Positions 1 to 10,900 are shown, counted from the stretch's first letter. The stretch is 64,000 bases of DNA from an uncultured Syntrophus sp. (GCA_964555065.1 CAZKRB010000001.1:43413-107412), one strand, 5' to 3'. Notes: generated by a model not told the origin, from the sequence alone. Program-made: numbers and translations.

Positions 1-30
1 GGGAGCAAGGGGAGGGGGATGAAAACGACT

Positions 31-57
31 GAAGGGGAGCCGGAAAGACTCCCCTTC
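31..57. terminator. GC-rich hairpin, possible intrinsic terminator
   Basis: gaaggggag-N9-ctccccttc perfect 9-bp stem; weak U-tracts on both strands. Confidence 0.5.
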
Positions 58-160
58 AATTCAGGAGGATAAGACGATTCTGGATCTGTTTCCCATATGT
101 AACCCGGTTTCTTCTGCCCGTTTGAAGTTGCCGGATTTTCGTCTTTTGTCTTACTACTAA

Positions 161-175
161 GCATTGAATGTGCCA
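161..175 (-). promoter_or_regulatory. sigma54 (-24/-12) promoter pointing leftward
   Basis: Minus strand reads TGGCACattcaATGC (GG-N10-GC); divergent from a sigma54 two-component system. Confidence 0.7.
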
Positions 176-317
176 CTTGCTTAAGTGAATTACAAGTAAT
201 CGAAATCATAAAGGAATAAATAAGCGAAGTTCAGGGAAACATAAAAATCCCTTCCGGCGGAGGCAAAAAATGTCGATCACGGGGAAAAAGCAGATTTTAA
301 AATCATGACTGTAAACG

Positions 318-369
318 GGATATTATGAAATATCCTCTCGGTTGTCGCCCTTTCGACATTATTGTCGAA
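318..369. promoter_or_regulatory. Palindromic operator / candidate upstream activator sites
   Basis: GGATATT-N4-AATATCC (318-335) and TTCGACA-N4-TGTCGAA (352-369); related TGTC half-sites near 271 and 443. Confidence 0.5.
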
Positions 370-508
370 GATGGGGACGAACTCCCAAAGCCACCGGGAA
401 GAAATTTTAAAAAGGTTGACTTTTTCAGGGATCGACCTAAGATGTCCGTCGCAACAGACTTGAAAAATCGAAAGGATAGGTCTTTATCCGGCAATTCGGG
501 AAAACAAG

Positions 509-2299
509 ATGAAACGTGAAGGAAAAATCATCTGGCAGGATTCCCTGCCCGGCCATGAGCGCTCTTTGCTGCAGCCGCTCTCCGTGGCGATTGTCTGTGC
601 CGTTTTTGTCGGCCTGATTCTCCTGATGGGGATCATGGATATCCGCCGGAGCGATCGGACGCTCACCGGATTCATGCAGAACCAGGGACTGACGACGATC
701 GGCGTCATGCGGAAACTGGCGGAGGAAAACCTGAAAAATCTGATCAAGGCCAGCCAGCGCGAAAATGCGCCCACTTTCACCCCGCTGGAGGAGGAATCCC
801 TCTCTCCCCAGAATTGGCTGACCTCCGCCCTGGCCGTCATCGGGCGCGATGTGGACGAGAAATGGCAGGCGAAACAGGTAAGCGATCCGTACCTAAATGA
901 AATCGCCAGCCGGGAGAACCTCTGGCTCATTGCCGTTCTCGATGAGGGCGGGAAGATCGTCTTTCAGAGCCATCCCGCGCGCCCTTCACCGGGAGGGGAC
1001 GATCCGGCGCCGACAGCCTCCGCCTTGTCAAGCGGAACCGATCTGATTACCTCGCTCAAGGAACAGAACATCAATTTTGTAGCCCTGCGCCGGAACGACG
1101 GGAAGGGGACAGTCGTGATCGCCCTGGCAAAGGATGCCCTGCGCTACTGGGCGATGCGGGTCTCCGTGGAGAAGGCACTGGAAAAGCTGGGAGAGGGGCG
1201 GGAACTGGTCTATCTGGTCATTATGGACCGCGAAGGCAGAATCCTGGGGCAGGCGGGAGACGTTCCCCGCTCCTGGAAAAAGCTCGATGAGGCCTTCTAC
1301 TCTGTTCTTTCCGGCCGAAAGAAGGTGGAAACGCGGAAGACGTTCTATGAAGATCGGAAGATCCTGGATGTCACCGCCCCCTTCCAGCTCAGCGACCGGG
1401 CGGGCGGCGTTGCCCGGATCGGGTTGAAGCGGGACAGCGCGGAAAAGATCCTTACGGAAAACCGCCGGAACCTGTTTGTCTCCCTGCTCTTTACCGTCGT
1501 GGTTGCCCTGCTCGCCATGTGGCTCCTCTATCACAATCAGAATCGGCACCTGGCGGGGATCATCGCAATCGAGCGGCGCCTGGAAAAGGCGGAGCGGCTG
1601 TCCTCCCTGGGGCAGCTCGCCGCGGGGGTGGCCCATGAGATCCGCAATCCCCTCAACGCCATCAGCATGGCCAGCCAGCGGCTCAAGCGGGAGTTCATGC
1701 CCGAGGATCCCCAAAAGGCGGCGGAATTCTCCAACATGGCCGGGGTCATCCGGGATGAAATCAGGCGGCTGAACAACATCATCGAGGAATTCCTCACTTT
1801 TTCCAAGAGTCGGCGTCTCGAGATGCGGGATTATTCCATCACCGAAGTCCTGCGGAAGATGACGGACCTGGTCCGGGAAGAGGCTGTCTCTCGCGGGATT
1901 TCGCTGAACACGAAGTGGAGCGACGATCCTGCAATCATTCCCATGGATGTGGATAAACTTCAGCAGGCGCTGTTCAACCTGGTGAAAAATGCCATGGAGT
2001 CCATTTCCGGCGAGGGCTCCATCACCATCTCCCTGGAATCCCTCGGCCGCGACCGCCGCGTTATCCGCATCGAGGATACGGGCTGCGGCATAACCGAGGA
2101 GGAACTGAACAAGATTTTCAACCCGGAATACACGACCAAACAGAAAGGGCTCGGGCTGGGGCTCTCCCTGGCGCATGAGATCATCCGAGGCCATGGCGGA
2201 GAAATCCGGGTCTTGAGCCGGGAGAAGGTCGGCACGATCTTTGAGGTCATCCTTCCCGCGGAACGGAAGAAAGAAAATTCGGGAACGCTCAAGGCGTAA
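509..2299 (+). CDS. Membrane sensor histidine kinase (NtrB/ZraS-like)
   Basis: Two TM segments, H-box AHEIRNPL, N-box NLVKNAMES, G-boxes DTGCG and GLGLGL. Confidence 0.93.
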   Translation: MKREGKIIWQDSLPGHERSLLQPLSVAIVCAVFVGLILLMGIMDIRRSDRTLTGFMQNQGLTTIGVMRKLAEENLKNLIKASQRENAPTFTPLEEESLSPQNWLTSALAVIGRDVDEKWQAKQVSDPYLNEIASRENLWLIAVLDEGGKIVFQSHPARPSPGGDDPAPTASALSSGTDLITSLKEQNINFVALRRNDGKGTVVIALAKDALRYWAMRVSVEKALEKLGEGRELVYLVIMDREGRILGQAGDVPRSWKKLDEAFYSVLSGRKKVETRKTFYEDRKILDVTAPFQLSDRAGGVARIGLKRDSAEKILTENRRNLFVSLLFTVVVALLAMWLLYHNQNRHLAGIIAIERRLEKAERLSSLGQLAAGVAHEIRNPLNAISMASQRLKREFMPEDPQKAAEFSNMAGVIRDEIRRLNNIIEEFLTFSKSRRLEMRDYSITEVLRKMTDLVREEAVSRGISLNTKWSDDPAIIPMDVDKLQQALFNLVKNAMESISGEGSITISLESLGRDRRVIRIEDTGCGITEEELNKIFNPEYTTKQKGLGLGLSLAHEIIRGHGGEIRVLSREKVGTIFEVILPAERKKENSGTLKA

Positions 2300-2329
2300 C
2301 CTCCATTCAGCGACAGAGAATAAAGGGTT

Positions 2330-3700
2330 ATGAAGACACTGAATATCCTGGTCGTGGAAGACGGCCAGTCCCAGCGGGAAATGCTCCGCGATTTTCTGCT
2401 TAAGGAAGGGCACTCCGTAGCGGAAGCGGCCAGCGGAGAAGAAGGGGTGCAGGCCGTTGCAAACGGGGCCTACGACCTGGTCCTGCTGGATTACAAGATG
2501 CCGGGGATGGACGGGATGCAGGTCCTCCAGGAAGTCAAGCGGCTCAATCCGGAAACGGATGTGGTGATCATCACCGCCTACGGGACGATTGAAACCGCCG
2601 TGGACGCGATGAAGGCCGGCGCCGTGGATTACATCACCAAGCCGTTGGAGTTTGATGAACTTCTCCTGCTGATCGACCGCATCGCGGAGCGGCGGACCCT
2701 GATCCGGGAAAACCAGATCCTCCGCCGGCAGCTGAAGGATCAGGGAGTCACCACGGAGGCGATCATCTATGCCAGCCAGAAGATGGCCGCCCTCACCAGC
2801 ATGGCCGCCCGGGTCGCCACAAGCCGCGCCACGGTCCTGTTGCAAGGAGAGAGCGGCACAGGGAAGGAACTCCTAGCCCGGCTGATCCATCAGCTCAGCC
2901 CCCGATCGGCCAAACCCATCATTACGGTAAATTGCGGCGCCCTTCCGGAGAACCTCATCGAAAGTGAACTCTTCGGCCATGAACGGGGTTCGTTTACCGG
3001 GGCGACGGCGCGGAGGATCGGACGGTTCGAGGAGGCGGACGGGGGGACGCTCTTCCTCGACGAAATCGGAGAGCTGACGATGCCCGTCCAGGTCAAGCTC
3101 CTGCGCTTTCTCCAGGAGCGGGAATTCCAGCGGGTGGGGGGCAATCAGAACATCCGCGCCGATGTCCGGATCATCAGCGCCACGAACCGGGACCTGGAGG
3201 CGATGGTCAAGGAGGAAAAATTCCGGGAGGACCTCTTTTACCGGCTCAATGTGGTGGTCATGTCGATCCCTCCCCTGCGGGAGCGCCGAGAGGACATCCC
3301 CGCCCTGATCGATCATTTCCTGGAGCGTTACGCCGCGGAAAATGCCAAACTGATCAACGGGATCAGCAGCGAAGCCCGGGATCTCCTCATGAAGTACGAT
3401 TACCCGGGAAATGTCCGGGAGCTGGAGAATATCATCGAGCGGGCTGTGGTCATCGCCCGCAGCGACGTCATTGCCCTGGAAGATCTCCCCTTCCGGGAAG
3501 ACCGAGCGGCAGCGGCCCCGGCAGCCGCGCCGGAAGAGGGGGAGGGAAAGCTGCGCAGCGCCATGGAAACCCTGGAAAAGCAGATGATCCAGGAAGCCAT
3601 GGAAAAAACGGGCTACCATCAGAGCCGGGCCGCCGAAATGTTGGGCCTCAGTGAGCGGATGCTGCGCTACAAGCTGAAGAAGTACGGCCTGAAGTCCTGA
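2330..3700 (+). CDS. sigma54-dependent response regulator (NtrC/ZraR/AtoC family)
   Basis: Receiver domain (DYKMP), Walker A GESGTGKE, GSFTGA loop, C-terminal Fis-type HTH. Confidence 0.95.
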   Translation: MKTLNILVVEDGQSQREMLRDFLLKEGHSVAEAASGEEGVQAVANGAYDLVLLDYKMPGMDGMQVLQEVKRLNPETDVVIITAYGTIETAVDAMKAGAVDYITKPLEFDELLLLIDRIAERRTLIRENQILRRQLKDQGVTTEAIIYASQKMAALTSMAARVATSRATVLLQGESGTGKELLARLIHQLSPRSAKPIITVNCGALPENLIESELFGHERGSFTGATARRIGRFEEADGGTLFLDEIGELTMPVQVKLLRFLQEREFQRVGGNQNIRADVRIISATNRDLEAMVKEEKFREDLFYRLNVVVMSIPPLRERREDIPALIDHFLERYAAENAKLINGISSEARDLLMKYDYPGNVRELENIIERAVVIARSDVIALEDLPFREDRAAAAPAAAPEEGEGKLRSAMETLEKQMIQEAMEKTGYHQSRAAEMLGLSERMLRYKLKKYGLKS

Positions 3701-3721
3701 ACCACCCCGCTGAGAACGCCC

Positions 3722-5254
3722 ATGACTTGCGAAGAATTCCCTATGCCGGATCCGGTGCGTGTGCGTACCCTGGCCCCCGAACTCAGTGGGCCCGAAAAGC
3801 CGTTCATCACGCTCAGAGGCGTCACCCTGCGCAGGGGGGACACTCTCCTTCTGCCCGACACGACCTGGGAGATTCGAACGGGCCAGAACTGGGCGATCCT
3901 GGGGGGCAACGGGTCCGGCAAGTCGGTTTTGGCAGGGGCGGTCCGGGGGGACATCCCCCATGTCCGCGGCGAGCTGATCCGCCATCTCCCGGAGGCGGCG
4001 GGGGAGAGGATCGGCTACCTCTCTTTCGAACTGCAGGAGGAGATCCTGCGGCGCGAGGACCTGTTGGATGACGCCCGCTCCTTTAGCGGCCGGGGGCAGG
4101 GACTCACCGCGGGCGAATTATTTGGCATCGACGCGACAGGCGGTGAAGCCGATTTAGGCTTCGAAGACTTTCTGAACATCCGGCCCCTTTTGGGAAGGGC
4201 CCTTCGCGTGCTGTCCAACGGCGAGATCCGGAAGGTGCTGATAACCCGCGCCCTCCGTTCCGTCCCGAATCTCCTGATACTGGACGAGCCCTTTGCGGGT
4301 CTAGATGCCGCCAGCCGGAAGACCCTGTCCCAAGGGATCAGCGCTCTAATGGCGCAGGGAACGCAGATCATCCTGATCACTCAGCGCCTGGAAGAGGTCA
4401 TCGCGGGCATTTCCCACGTCCTGCTGATCCGGGAGGGCCGCGTCTTCAGGACGGGAAGGCGGGCGGAGGTTCTGACCCCGGACGTGATCAAACCCTTTTC
4501 CGCCGGCCCCTTATCCCTGCCGCCCCTTCCCCGTCCGATTCCCGCCCCCCGGAGGGAGCCCGGGGCGGGGGCCGACCTCCTCGTAGAGATGAGAAATGTC
4601 CATGTCGCCTTCGGAGGCGTGAAGATCCTGGACCGTTTGACTTGGAGCGTCCGGCGCGGCGAGAAATGGGCGGTCGTCGGACCCAACGGGTCGGGGAAGA
4701 CGACCCTGCTGTCCCTGATTTCCGGGGACAATCTGCAGGCCTACGCCAATGACGTCCGCCTCTTCGGCGTCAGGCGCGGCGCAGGGCAGAGCATCTGGGA
4801 TATCCGGAAACGGATCGGCCTGGTTTCCCCCGAACTCCAGCTGCGGTACCGAAAGCGGATCCCGGTGCGGGATGTGGTGCTCTCGGGATTCTTCGACTCC
4901 ATCGGCCTTTACCAGAGGGCGAGTGCGGAACAGACGGCCCTCGCCCACGCCTGGCTGGCCTGCGTCGGTCTGCACGACCGCAAGGAACGGTCCTTTCCCC
5001 AGCTCTCCTACGGGGAAAAGCGGCTGGTCCTGATCGCCAGGGCCATGGTGAAATCGCCCGAACTGCTCATTCTCGATGAGCCCTGCCAGGGGCTCGACGC
5101 AGTGAACCGGGCAAGGGTTCTGACCCTGATGGAGGAGATCGGCCGGCAGGGGGCCACGGCGATGGTTTATGTCACCCACCAGGAATCGGAAATGATCCCC
5201 TCCATCCAACACATCCTCAAGCTGGGCCCGCCGCCTTTCTCGCCTCCGGGATAG
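3722..5254 (+). CDS. modF: ModF-like ABC ATP-binding protein with two ATPase domains
   Basis: Walker A GGNGSGKS and GPNGSGKT; signatures LSNGE and LSYGE; LILDEPCQGLD. Confidence 0.8.
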   Translation: MTCEEFPMPDPVRVRTLAPELSGPEKPFITLRGVTLRRGDTLLLPDTTWEIRTGQNWAILGGNGSGKSVLAGAVRGDIPHVRGELIRHLPEAAGERIGYLSFELQEEILRREDLLDDARSFSGRGQGLTAGELFGIDATGGEADLGFEDFLNIRPLLGRALRVLSNGEIRKVLITRALRSVPNLLILDEPFAGLDAASRKTLSQGISALMAQGTQIILITQRLEEVIAGISHVLLIREGRVFRTGRRAEVLTPDVIKPFSAGPLSLPPLPRPIPAPRREPGAGADLLVEMRNVHVAFGGVKILDRLTWSVRRGEKWAVVGPNGSGKTTLLSLISGDNLQAYANDVRLFGVRRGAGQSIWDIRKRIGLVSPELQLRYRKRIPVRDVVLSGFFDSIGLYQRASAEQTALAHAWLACVGLHDRKERSFPQLSYGEKRLVLIARAMVKSPELLILDEPCQGLDAVNRARVLTLMEEIGRQGATAMVYVTHQESEMIPSIQHILKLGPPPFSPPG

Positions 5255-5369
5255 GAGGAACTCGCTATACCCCCGGCCTCCCCGGGGCAGGCGGCCGAGG
5301 GTCGAGTCGTCCGCAGTCGTAACGCGTTGAATGCACTGCATCCATGAGAAAAAGTCACGTTTAATTGTA

Positions 5370-5389
5370 AATATCTGATTTGAGATATT
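5370..5389. promoter_or_regulatory. Palindromic operator upstream of the alcohol dehydrogenase promoter
   Basis: AATATCT-N6-AGATATT perfect inverted repeat. Confidence 0.4.
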
Positions 5390-5434
5390 CATTGGCAAAA
5401 TTTGACGGGGTCTCGGCGGGTGGCCACCATCGTC

Positions 5435-5463
5435 TTGACAGACAGAATCCCTCCTCCTAATAT
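5435..5463 (+). promoter_or_regulatory. sigma70 promoter
   Basis: TTGACA-N17-TAATAT about 55 bp upstream of the ATG at 5518. Confidence 0.65.
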
Positions 5464-5517
5464 CTTCCCGGTGAGAGAGAACCCTCACAATCCTATTGAA
5501 AGCCTAAGGAGCGTCCG

Positions 5518-6672
5518 ATGAAAAATTTTGAATTCTATTGCCCGACGAGAATCGTTTTTGGAAAAGGCGCCATCGCCAAACTGAGTGAATTAATCGATAA
5601 AAACAAAAAGGTCCTCATCCTGTCCGGCTGCGGTTCGGCAAAGGACAACGGAGTTTACGCGCAGGTTCTGGCGGCTTTGCAGGGGTATCGTGTCGTGGAG
5701 TTCGGCGGGATTGAGCCGAATCCGAAATATGAAACGTGCATGGGCGCGGTCCGGCTGGCCAGGGAGGAAAAGGCGGATTTTCTGCTGGCTGTGGGCGGCG
5801 GCTCCGTTCTGGACGGATCGAAGTTCGTCGCCGCCGCAGTGAAATACGACGGTTCAGAACCCTATGACATCGTTGCCAAGGGCTTGCCCGTGAAAGAGGC
5901 GCTGCCTTTGGGCGACGTGATGACGCTGCCGGCAACGGGTTCGGAGATGAATGCCAACGCCGTCATCTCCAGGCTGGCCACGAATGAGAAACTGCCCTTT
6001 GCCTCTGAAAAAGTGTTTCCGCAATTTTCGATTCTCGATCCCCAGGTGACCTTCAGCCTCCCCTTGCAGCAGACGATCAACGGAGTGGTCGACACCTTTG
6101 TCCATGTGATGGAACTGTATGCGACCTACGACGTGAATACGCCGCTGCAGGACAGCTGGGCGCTTGGCCTGGTCAGAACCCTGCTGCAGGAAGCGCCGAA
6201 AGTCATCGAAAATCCAAATGATTATGATGCCAGATCGAATATCTTCTGGTGCGCGACCTGCGGACTGAATTACTGGCTGGCTCCGGGCGTCATCCAGGAC
6301 TGGTCGACCCACATGATCGGCCATGAGCTGACGGCGCTCTACGGGATTGACCATGGGCAGAGCCTGGCGATTATCCTTCCTCGACTCTGGGAGAACCAGC
6401 GCGAAAACAAAGAGGGAAAACTGGCCAAGCTCGCCCGGGAGGTCTTCGGGGTCTGTGGGATCGAGGACGAGTTGGCCAGTGTTGTGGCGATCAGGAAAAC
6501 GGAGGAGTTTTTCCGCTCCCTGGGAATGAAAACGAAACTGGCGGATTACGGGATCGATGCCAAAGAGGCGGCGGAAAAAATCAAGGAGCGCTTTGCCAAA
6601 AGAGGAGTCAAGTTCGGAGAGCGGGGATCCGTCACGGCTGAGGTCGCTAACGCGATTGTGCAGAATTCCTGA
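5518..6672 (+). CDS. Iron-containing NAD(P)H-dependent alcohol/butanol dehydrogenase (YqhD/BdhA family)
   Basis: MKNFEFYCPTRIVFG start, AVGGGSVLDGSK, TLPATGSE, HMIGHELTALYGIDHG metal ligands; SD aaggag. Confidence 0.92.
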   Translation: MKNFEFYCPTRIVFGKGAIAKLSELIDKNKKVLILSGCGSAKDNGVYAQVLAALQGYRVVEFGGIEPNPKYETCMGAVRLAREEKADFLLAVGGGSVLDGSKFVAAAVKYDGSEPYDIVAKGLPVKEALPLGDVMTLPATGSEMNANAVISRLATNEKLPFASEKVFPQFSILDPQVTFSLPLQQTINGVVDTFVHVMELYATYDVNTPLQDSWALGLVRTLLQEAPKVIENPNDYDARSNIFWCATCGLNYWLAPGVIQDWSTHMIGHELTALYGIDHGQSLAIILPRLWENQRENKEGKLAKLAREVFGVCGIEDELASVVAIRKTEEFFRSLGMKTKLADYGIDAKEAAEKIKERFAKRGVKFGERGSVTAEVANAIVQNS

Positions 6673-6694
6673 GAGCATCCCGCAACGCTTTTTT

Positions 6695-6731
6695 AAAGGA
6701 GAAGGAGGGAGCACTTTTCTTTCTCCTTTTT
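6695..6731. terminator. Probable bidirectional intrinsic terminator
   Basis: aaaggagaaggaggg / cttttctttctccttt hairpin between convergent genes. Confidence 0.55.
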
Positions 6732-6934
6732 GGTTCATCCGGTTAATGCATACTTTTAGAGAATTTCTTTCTTCCTCCTACTCGTTCATTTTGACCCTGT
6801 CGAGGCGGAGCAAGATTTCAAATACAAAGTTGTATGAAAGAACTCTGGTGCATGTTATTGAGTATAGGTTGAAACGTGCGTCGCCTCAGCAGCCAATTTT
6901 CCAGCCAAGCACCATCCATCCTCCTTTCATGAAT

Positions 6935-7526
6935 TCACCATCGAATGTCAAGATCATTCAGTTTAGCATTAATATATTTGAGCCCACGTGAGAATCGTGG
7001 ACCATTCGGATAGCCGGGCGAGACGGATGCTTTGTAGGTCGGTAAAATTTTGAGAATATTTTTGCCCTCCTTCAGGACGATCTCTTTCTCAAGAATAACA
7101 TCAGATACAGGAACAGCGATCGACACTCGATGTTTACCGGGTTCAAGTAAGATCATTTTTTTAAATTATATTTCCATCCAGTCCCTGCTTCAGGATTATT
7201 CCTAGCATCACCTGTCAAATCCTCCAGAACTGGTTCATCCGACATAACAATTGTCTGACCATCGATATTCAAGACGGTTGTGTATGGCGGATCGGTATGC
7301 TTGGCATAACTGCCGATGAAATGGTACTTGAGAAGTTTTTTACCTGGAATTCGACCTGAAGCAACGACTTGCCTGGGATTTCGGCTTGCGAAAGCGGAAC
7401 TTCTTGGAAGACATTCTGGCGCGAACTTGATGATATTTCCGCAATTATCTCTCGATTGCTTGCACATCCGACAATTAGAATATTCAGCACAACAAATACA
7501 AGGATCCTCATTGTCAATCTTTTCAT
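6935..7526 (-). pseudogene. Lipoprotein split over three frames by two -1 frameshifts
   Basis: Signal peptide with lipobox LIVGC (ORF ending at 7269) continues into the 7153..7599 frame (KYHFIGSY...WKYNLKK) and then 6935..7156 (MILLEPGKHRV...); breaks lie at A-runs near 7340 and 7160. Confidence 0.7.
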
Positions 7527-7573
7527 ATGACCTTGTTCCATCTGTAAAATTAATAGTTAAGTCCGACAGACTC

Positions 7574-7915
7574 CTAGATGGCGATTTTTCCCCTCTCATT
7601 TGTTCTTATCTTCACAACATCTTCAACAGGACTAACGAATATCTTTCCGTCTCCAGCATTGCCGGTGTGGGAAAATTTCTGGATTATATGGACCACTTCC
7701 TCAACCATTTCATCATTGACAACCACTTCCATTTTTATGCGCGGAACAAATTCCACCATTTCATAAATGATCTTATCTGTGGAGTTCTTTGCCCTGCCTT
7801 TGCCGAATCCCTTGATTTCTGAAACCGTCACACCGGGTAGACTATCAATATGTTGTAGTGCCTCGATTACATCCAGTAACTTGGACCGTCGAAATATGGC
7901 TTTGATTTCTTTCAT
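7574..7915 (-). CDS. P-II family signal transduction protein (metal-efflux-linked PII group)
   Basis: MKEIKAI..., KGFG, TGNAGDGKIFVSPVEDVVKIRT; divergent T-loop; directly downstream of czcA. Confidence 0.9.
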   Translation of the reverse strand: MKEIKAIFRRSKLLDVIEALQHIDSLPGVTVSEIKGFGKGRAKNSTDKIIYEMVEFVPRIKMEVVVNDEMVEEVVHIIQKFSHTGNAGDGKIFVSPVEDVVKIRTNERGKIAI

Positions 7916-7939
7916 GTCATACTCCCTTAAAGTGATTTT

Positions 7940-10900
7940 TTACATTTCCGCTTCTTCGCGTCTCTTCTCAAGCCAACTGTAGACTGAAGGAATGATTAAC
8001 AGCGTGAGCATGGTGGAGGTAATAAGCCCCCCCACAACAACGGTCGCCAGCGGTCTCTGAACTTCCGAGCCTGTGCCACCGGCAAACAGCATTGGGATCA
8101 AGCTGAAGATCGCAATTGAGGCGGTCATCAGTACTGGGCGCAGGCGGTCGGTACATCCCCTCCTTATGGCTTCATCGAGGGCCAGACCGTCTTCTCGCAG
8201 CTGGGAAATACGCGACACCAGCACCAGCCCATTCAGCACGGCAACGCCGAACAGGACCACGAAGCCGACAGAGGCGGGAACAGACAGGTATTGTCCTGAA
8301 AGAAAAAGGGCAAAGACACCGCCGATCAGCGCAAACGGTAGATTGGAAATGACCAACAGCGCAAGGCGGATCGAGCGGAAGGTGGCATAGAGAAGCAGCA
8401 GGATCAGACCGATTGCCACCGGGCCGATGATCATCAACTTGTTCATCGCCCGTTGCTGGTTTTCGAACTGCCCGCCCCAGGTCAGGTAATAACCAGGAGG
8501 GAGCTTGATCTTACTCTGGATTTTCTGCTTCGCCTCAGCTACAAAACTGCCAATATCCCTGCCGGTTACGTTCACCTCGATCCCAATTCGCCGAATGCCG
8601 TCCTGACGGCTGATTTGCACCGGTCCTTCGATCATCTTTACCTCCGCCAACTGTTCAAGCGGCACATTGATGCCCGTTTTGGTGGTGATCAGCAGGTTTT
8701 TGATCGCCTCCAGAGAGTTTCGCTTTTCCTCCGGCAGACGCACGGTGATGTCAAAATTCCGGTTCTGTTCGTAAAATTTGGAAGCCGATTTTCCGGCAAC
8801 CGCGATTTCGATCACTTTCTGCACGTCGCTGATGTTCAGTCCATAGCGGGCAATTTTAGAGCGGTCGATGTTGACGGTCAGGTAAGGTTGCCCGGAAACC
8901 TTTTCTGCATTCAGGTCTGTCCCCCCTCTTACGGTGGAAAGGACTTTGGCTATTTCTGCCGATTTCTCACTGAGCACGTCAATATCTTCACCGAACAGTT
9001 TGACAATCAGTTGAGCGCGGGTTCCGGCGACGAGTTCATCGATCCGGCACTGGATCGGTTGACTGAAGCCAAAACTGATCCCCGCCACCGATTCCAGTGA
9101 TTTGCGCATCTCATTGATCAGATCTTCTTTTGAAATATCCCTCTTCCATTGATTCTTCGGCTTGAATATCCCCACATATCCGGTTTTATCCGTTCCTCGT
9201 GTGTCCAGGGCAACACCGGTCTGACCCGTGCGGGAGACGACAACGTCCAGTTCATCGAATTTTTTCAACTTCATCGCCGCCAGCTGGTTCACTTCCATCG
9301 CCTTCGTCAGCGAAACGCCGGGCAGCATGGCGACATCCATGTCGAACGAACCTTCATCCATGGTGGGGATAAATTCGGTTCCCAATTTTGTCACCAGAAG
9401 CAGGGATAAGATCAGGAATCCCCCGGCAATGCTCAAGATCACTTTTTTCCTGTTTATGGCATATTCCAGGAGAGGCAGGTATATCTCCTTTGCCTTTCGC
9501 ATGATTGCGCTTTCCTTTTCCGGATGAGGCTTCAGGAAGAGGGCACAGAGAACCGGGATGACAAAGATGGAAAGCAAGAGTGAGGCAAGCAATGCAATAG
9601 CAACGGTAATCGCCAGGGGGCCGAACATCTTTCCTTCAATCCCTTCCAGGGACAGGATCGGGATAAAGGTAATGGCAATGATCAGCTCACCGAACACACT
9701 GGGCTTTCTGACTTCCATCACAGCTTTCAGTACTGTAAACGTAGGAGAGTGGTTGCGGCCTTCTTCGCTCAGATGGCGCTGGACATTCTCAACCTGAATG
9801 ATGGTCGTATCGATGATCATGCCGATGGAAATCGCCAAACCGCCCAGGGACATCAGATTGGCGCTGATCCCTGAGACTTTCATGATGATGAAAGTTCCCA
9901 GCAGCGACAGCGGCAGGGCGAGCAACACCACCAGACTTCCCCGGATACTGTTCAGCAGCAGATACAGTACGATCAACACTAGGATGGAGCCCTCGATCAG
10001 AGACTTATTGACCGTGTCGACACTGGCGCTGACAATGCCGCTCCGGTCATAATACGGGACTATTTTGATGCCGTCCGGCAGCATATTCTTGTTGTTGATC
10101 TCATTGACCTTCTCTTTGACCCGGTTCACGACCTCGCGGCTGTTTTCTCCGCGCAGCATCATGACAATGCCGCCGACCGCCTCGTCTTTACCGTTTTTCA
10201 TCGCTGCGCCCATGCGTACCGCTTCGCCGACCCTTACCTGGGCAACGTCTCTCACGTACGTTGGGGTGCCGTCCGCTGACTTGAGGACGATGTTCTCAAT
10301 GTCGCTGATGTCCCTGATCAGGCCAACGCCGCGAACGATGTATTGATCGGTACCCTGCTCAAGAATATTGCCGCCGACGTTTTCATTGTTACTGCCAATG
10401 GCCGAATAGACGTCGTCTACCGTCAAGGCATGCTGCAGCAGTTTTTCCGGCGAGACGATGACCTGGTACTGTTTGAAGTAACCGCCGAAGGAATTGATTT
10501 CATTTACCCCGGCAACACTCTTCAACTGCGGCGTGATGATCCACTCCTGAAGAGTTCTGAGGTTGGTCAGGTAGGCGGTTTTCTGTTGCGGGTCCTGAGG
10601 CATCTTTCCTTCGAGGGTGTACTGATAGATTTCCCCCATGGCGGTGCCGATTGGTCCCATGGTCACTTCCACCCCCTGTGGAACCTGCTCCTTTGCTTCG
10701 GCTAAGCGCTCAAACACCAACTGCCGCGCAAAATAGATGTCTACCTTATCCTTGAAAACAAGGGTGACGATGGATAGACCAAACTTGGTTACGGAGCGCA
10801 TCTGTTCGATATCCGGCAAGCCGCGCATGGCCATCTCAATCGGATAGGTGACGTTGCGCTCGATCTCTATTGCGGATAATCCATCGGCGTGACTGATCAC

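Noticed and set aside
1028-2845. 605-aa antisense ORF, and similar long shadow ORFs at 16609..18312, 27863..29755, 33413..35248, 45323..46534, 48612..50024 and 62144..63511
   Set aside because: They lie opposite well-supported genes; high GC3 codon bias suppresses antisense stops and no motifs are recognisable
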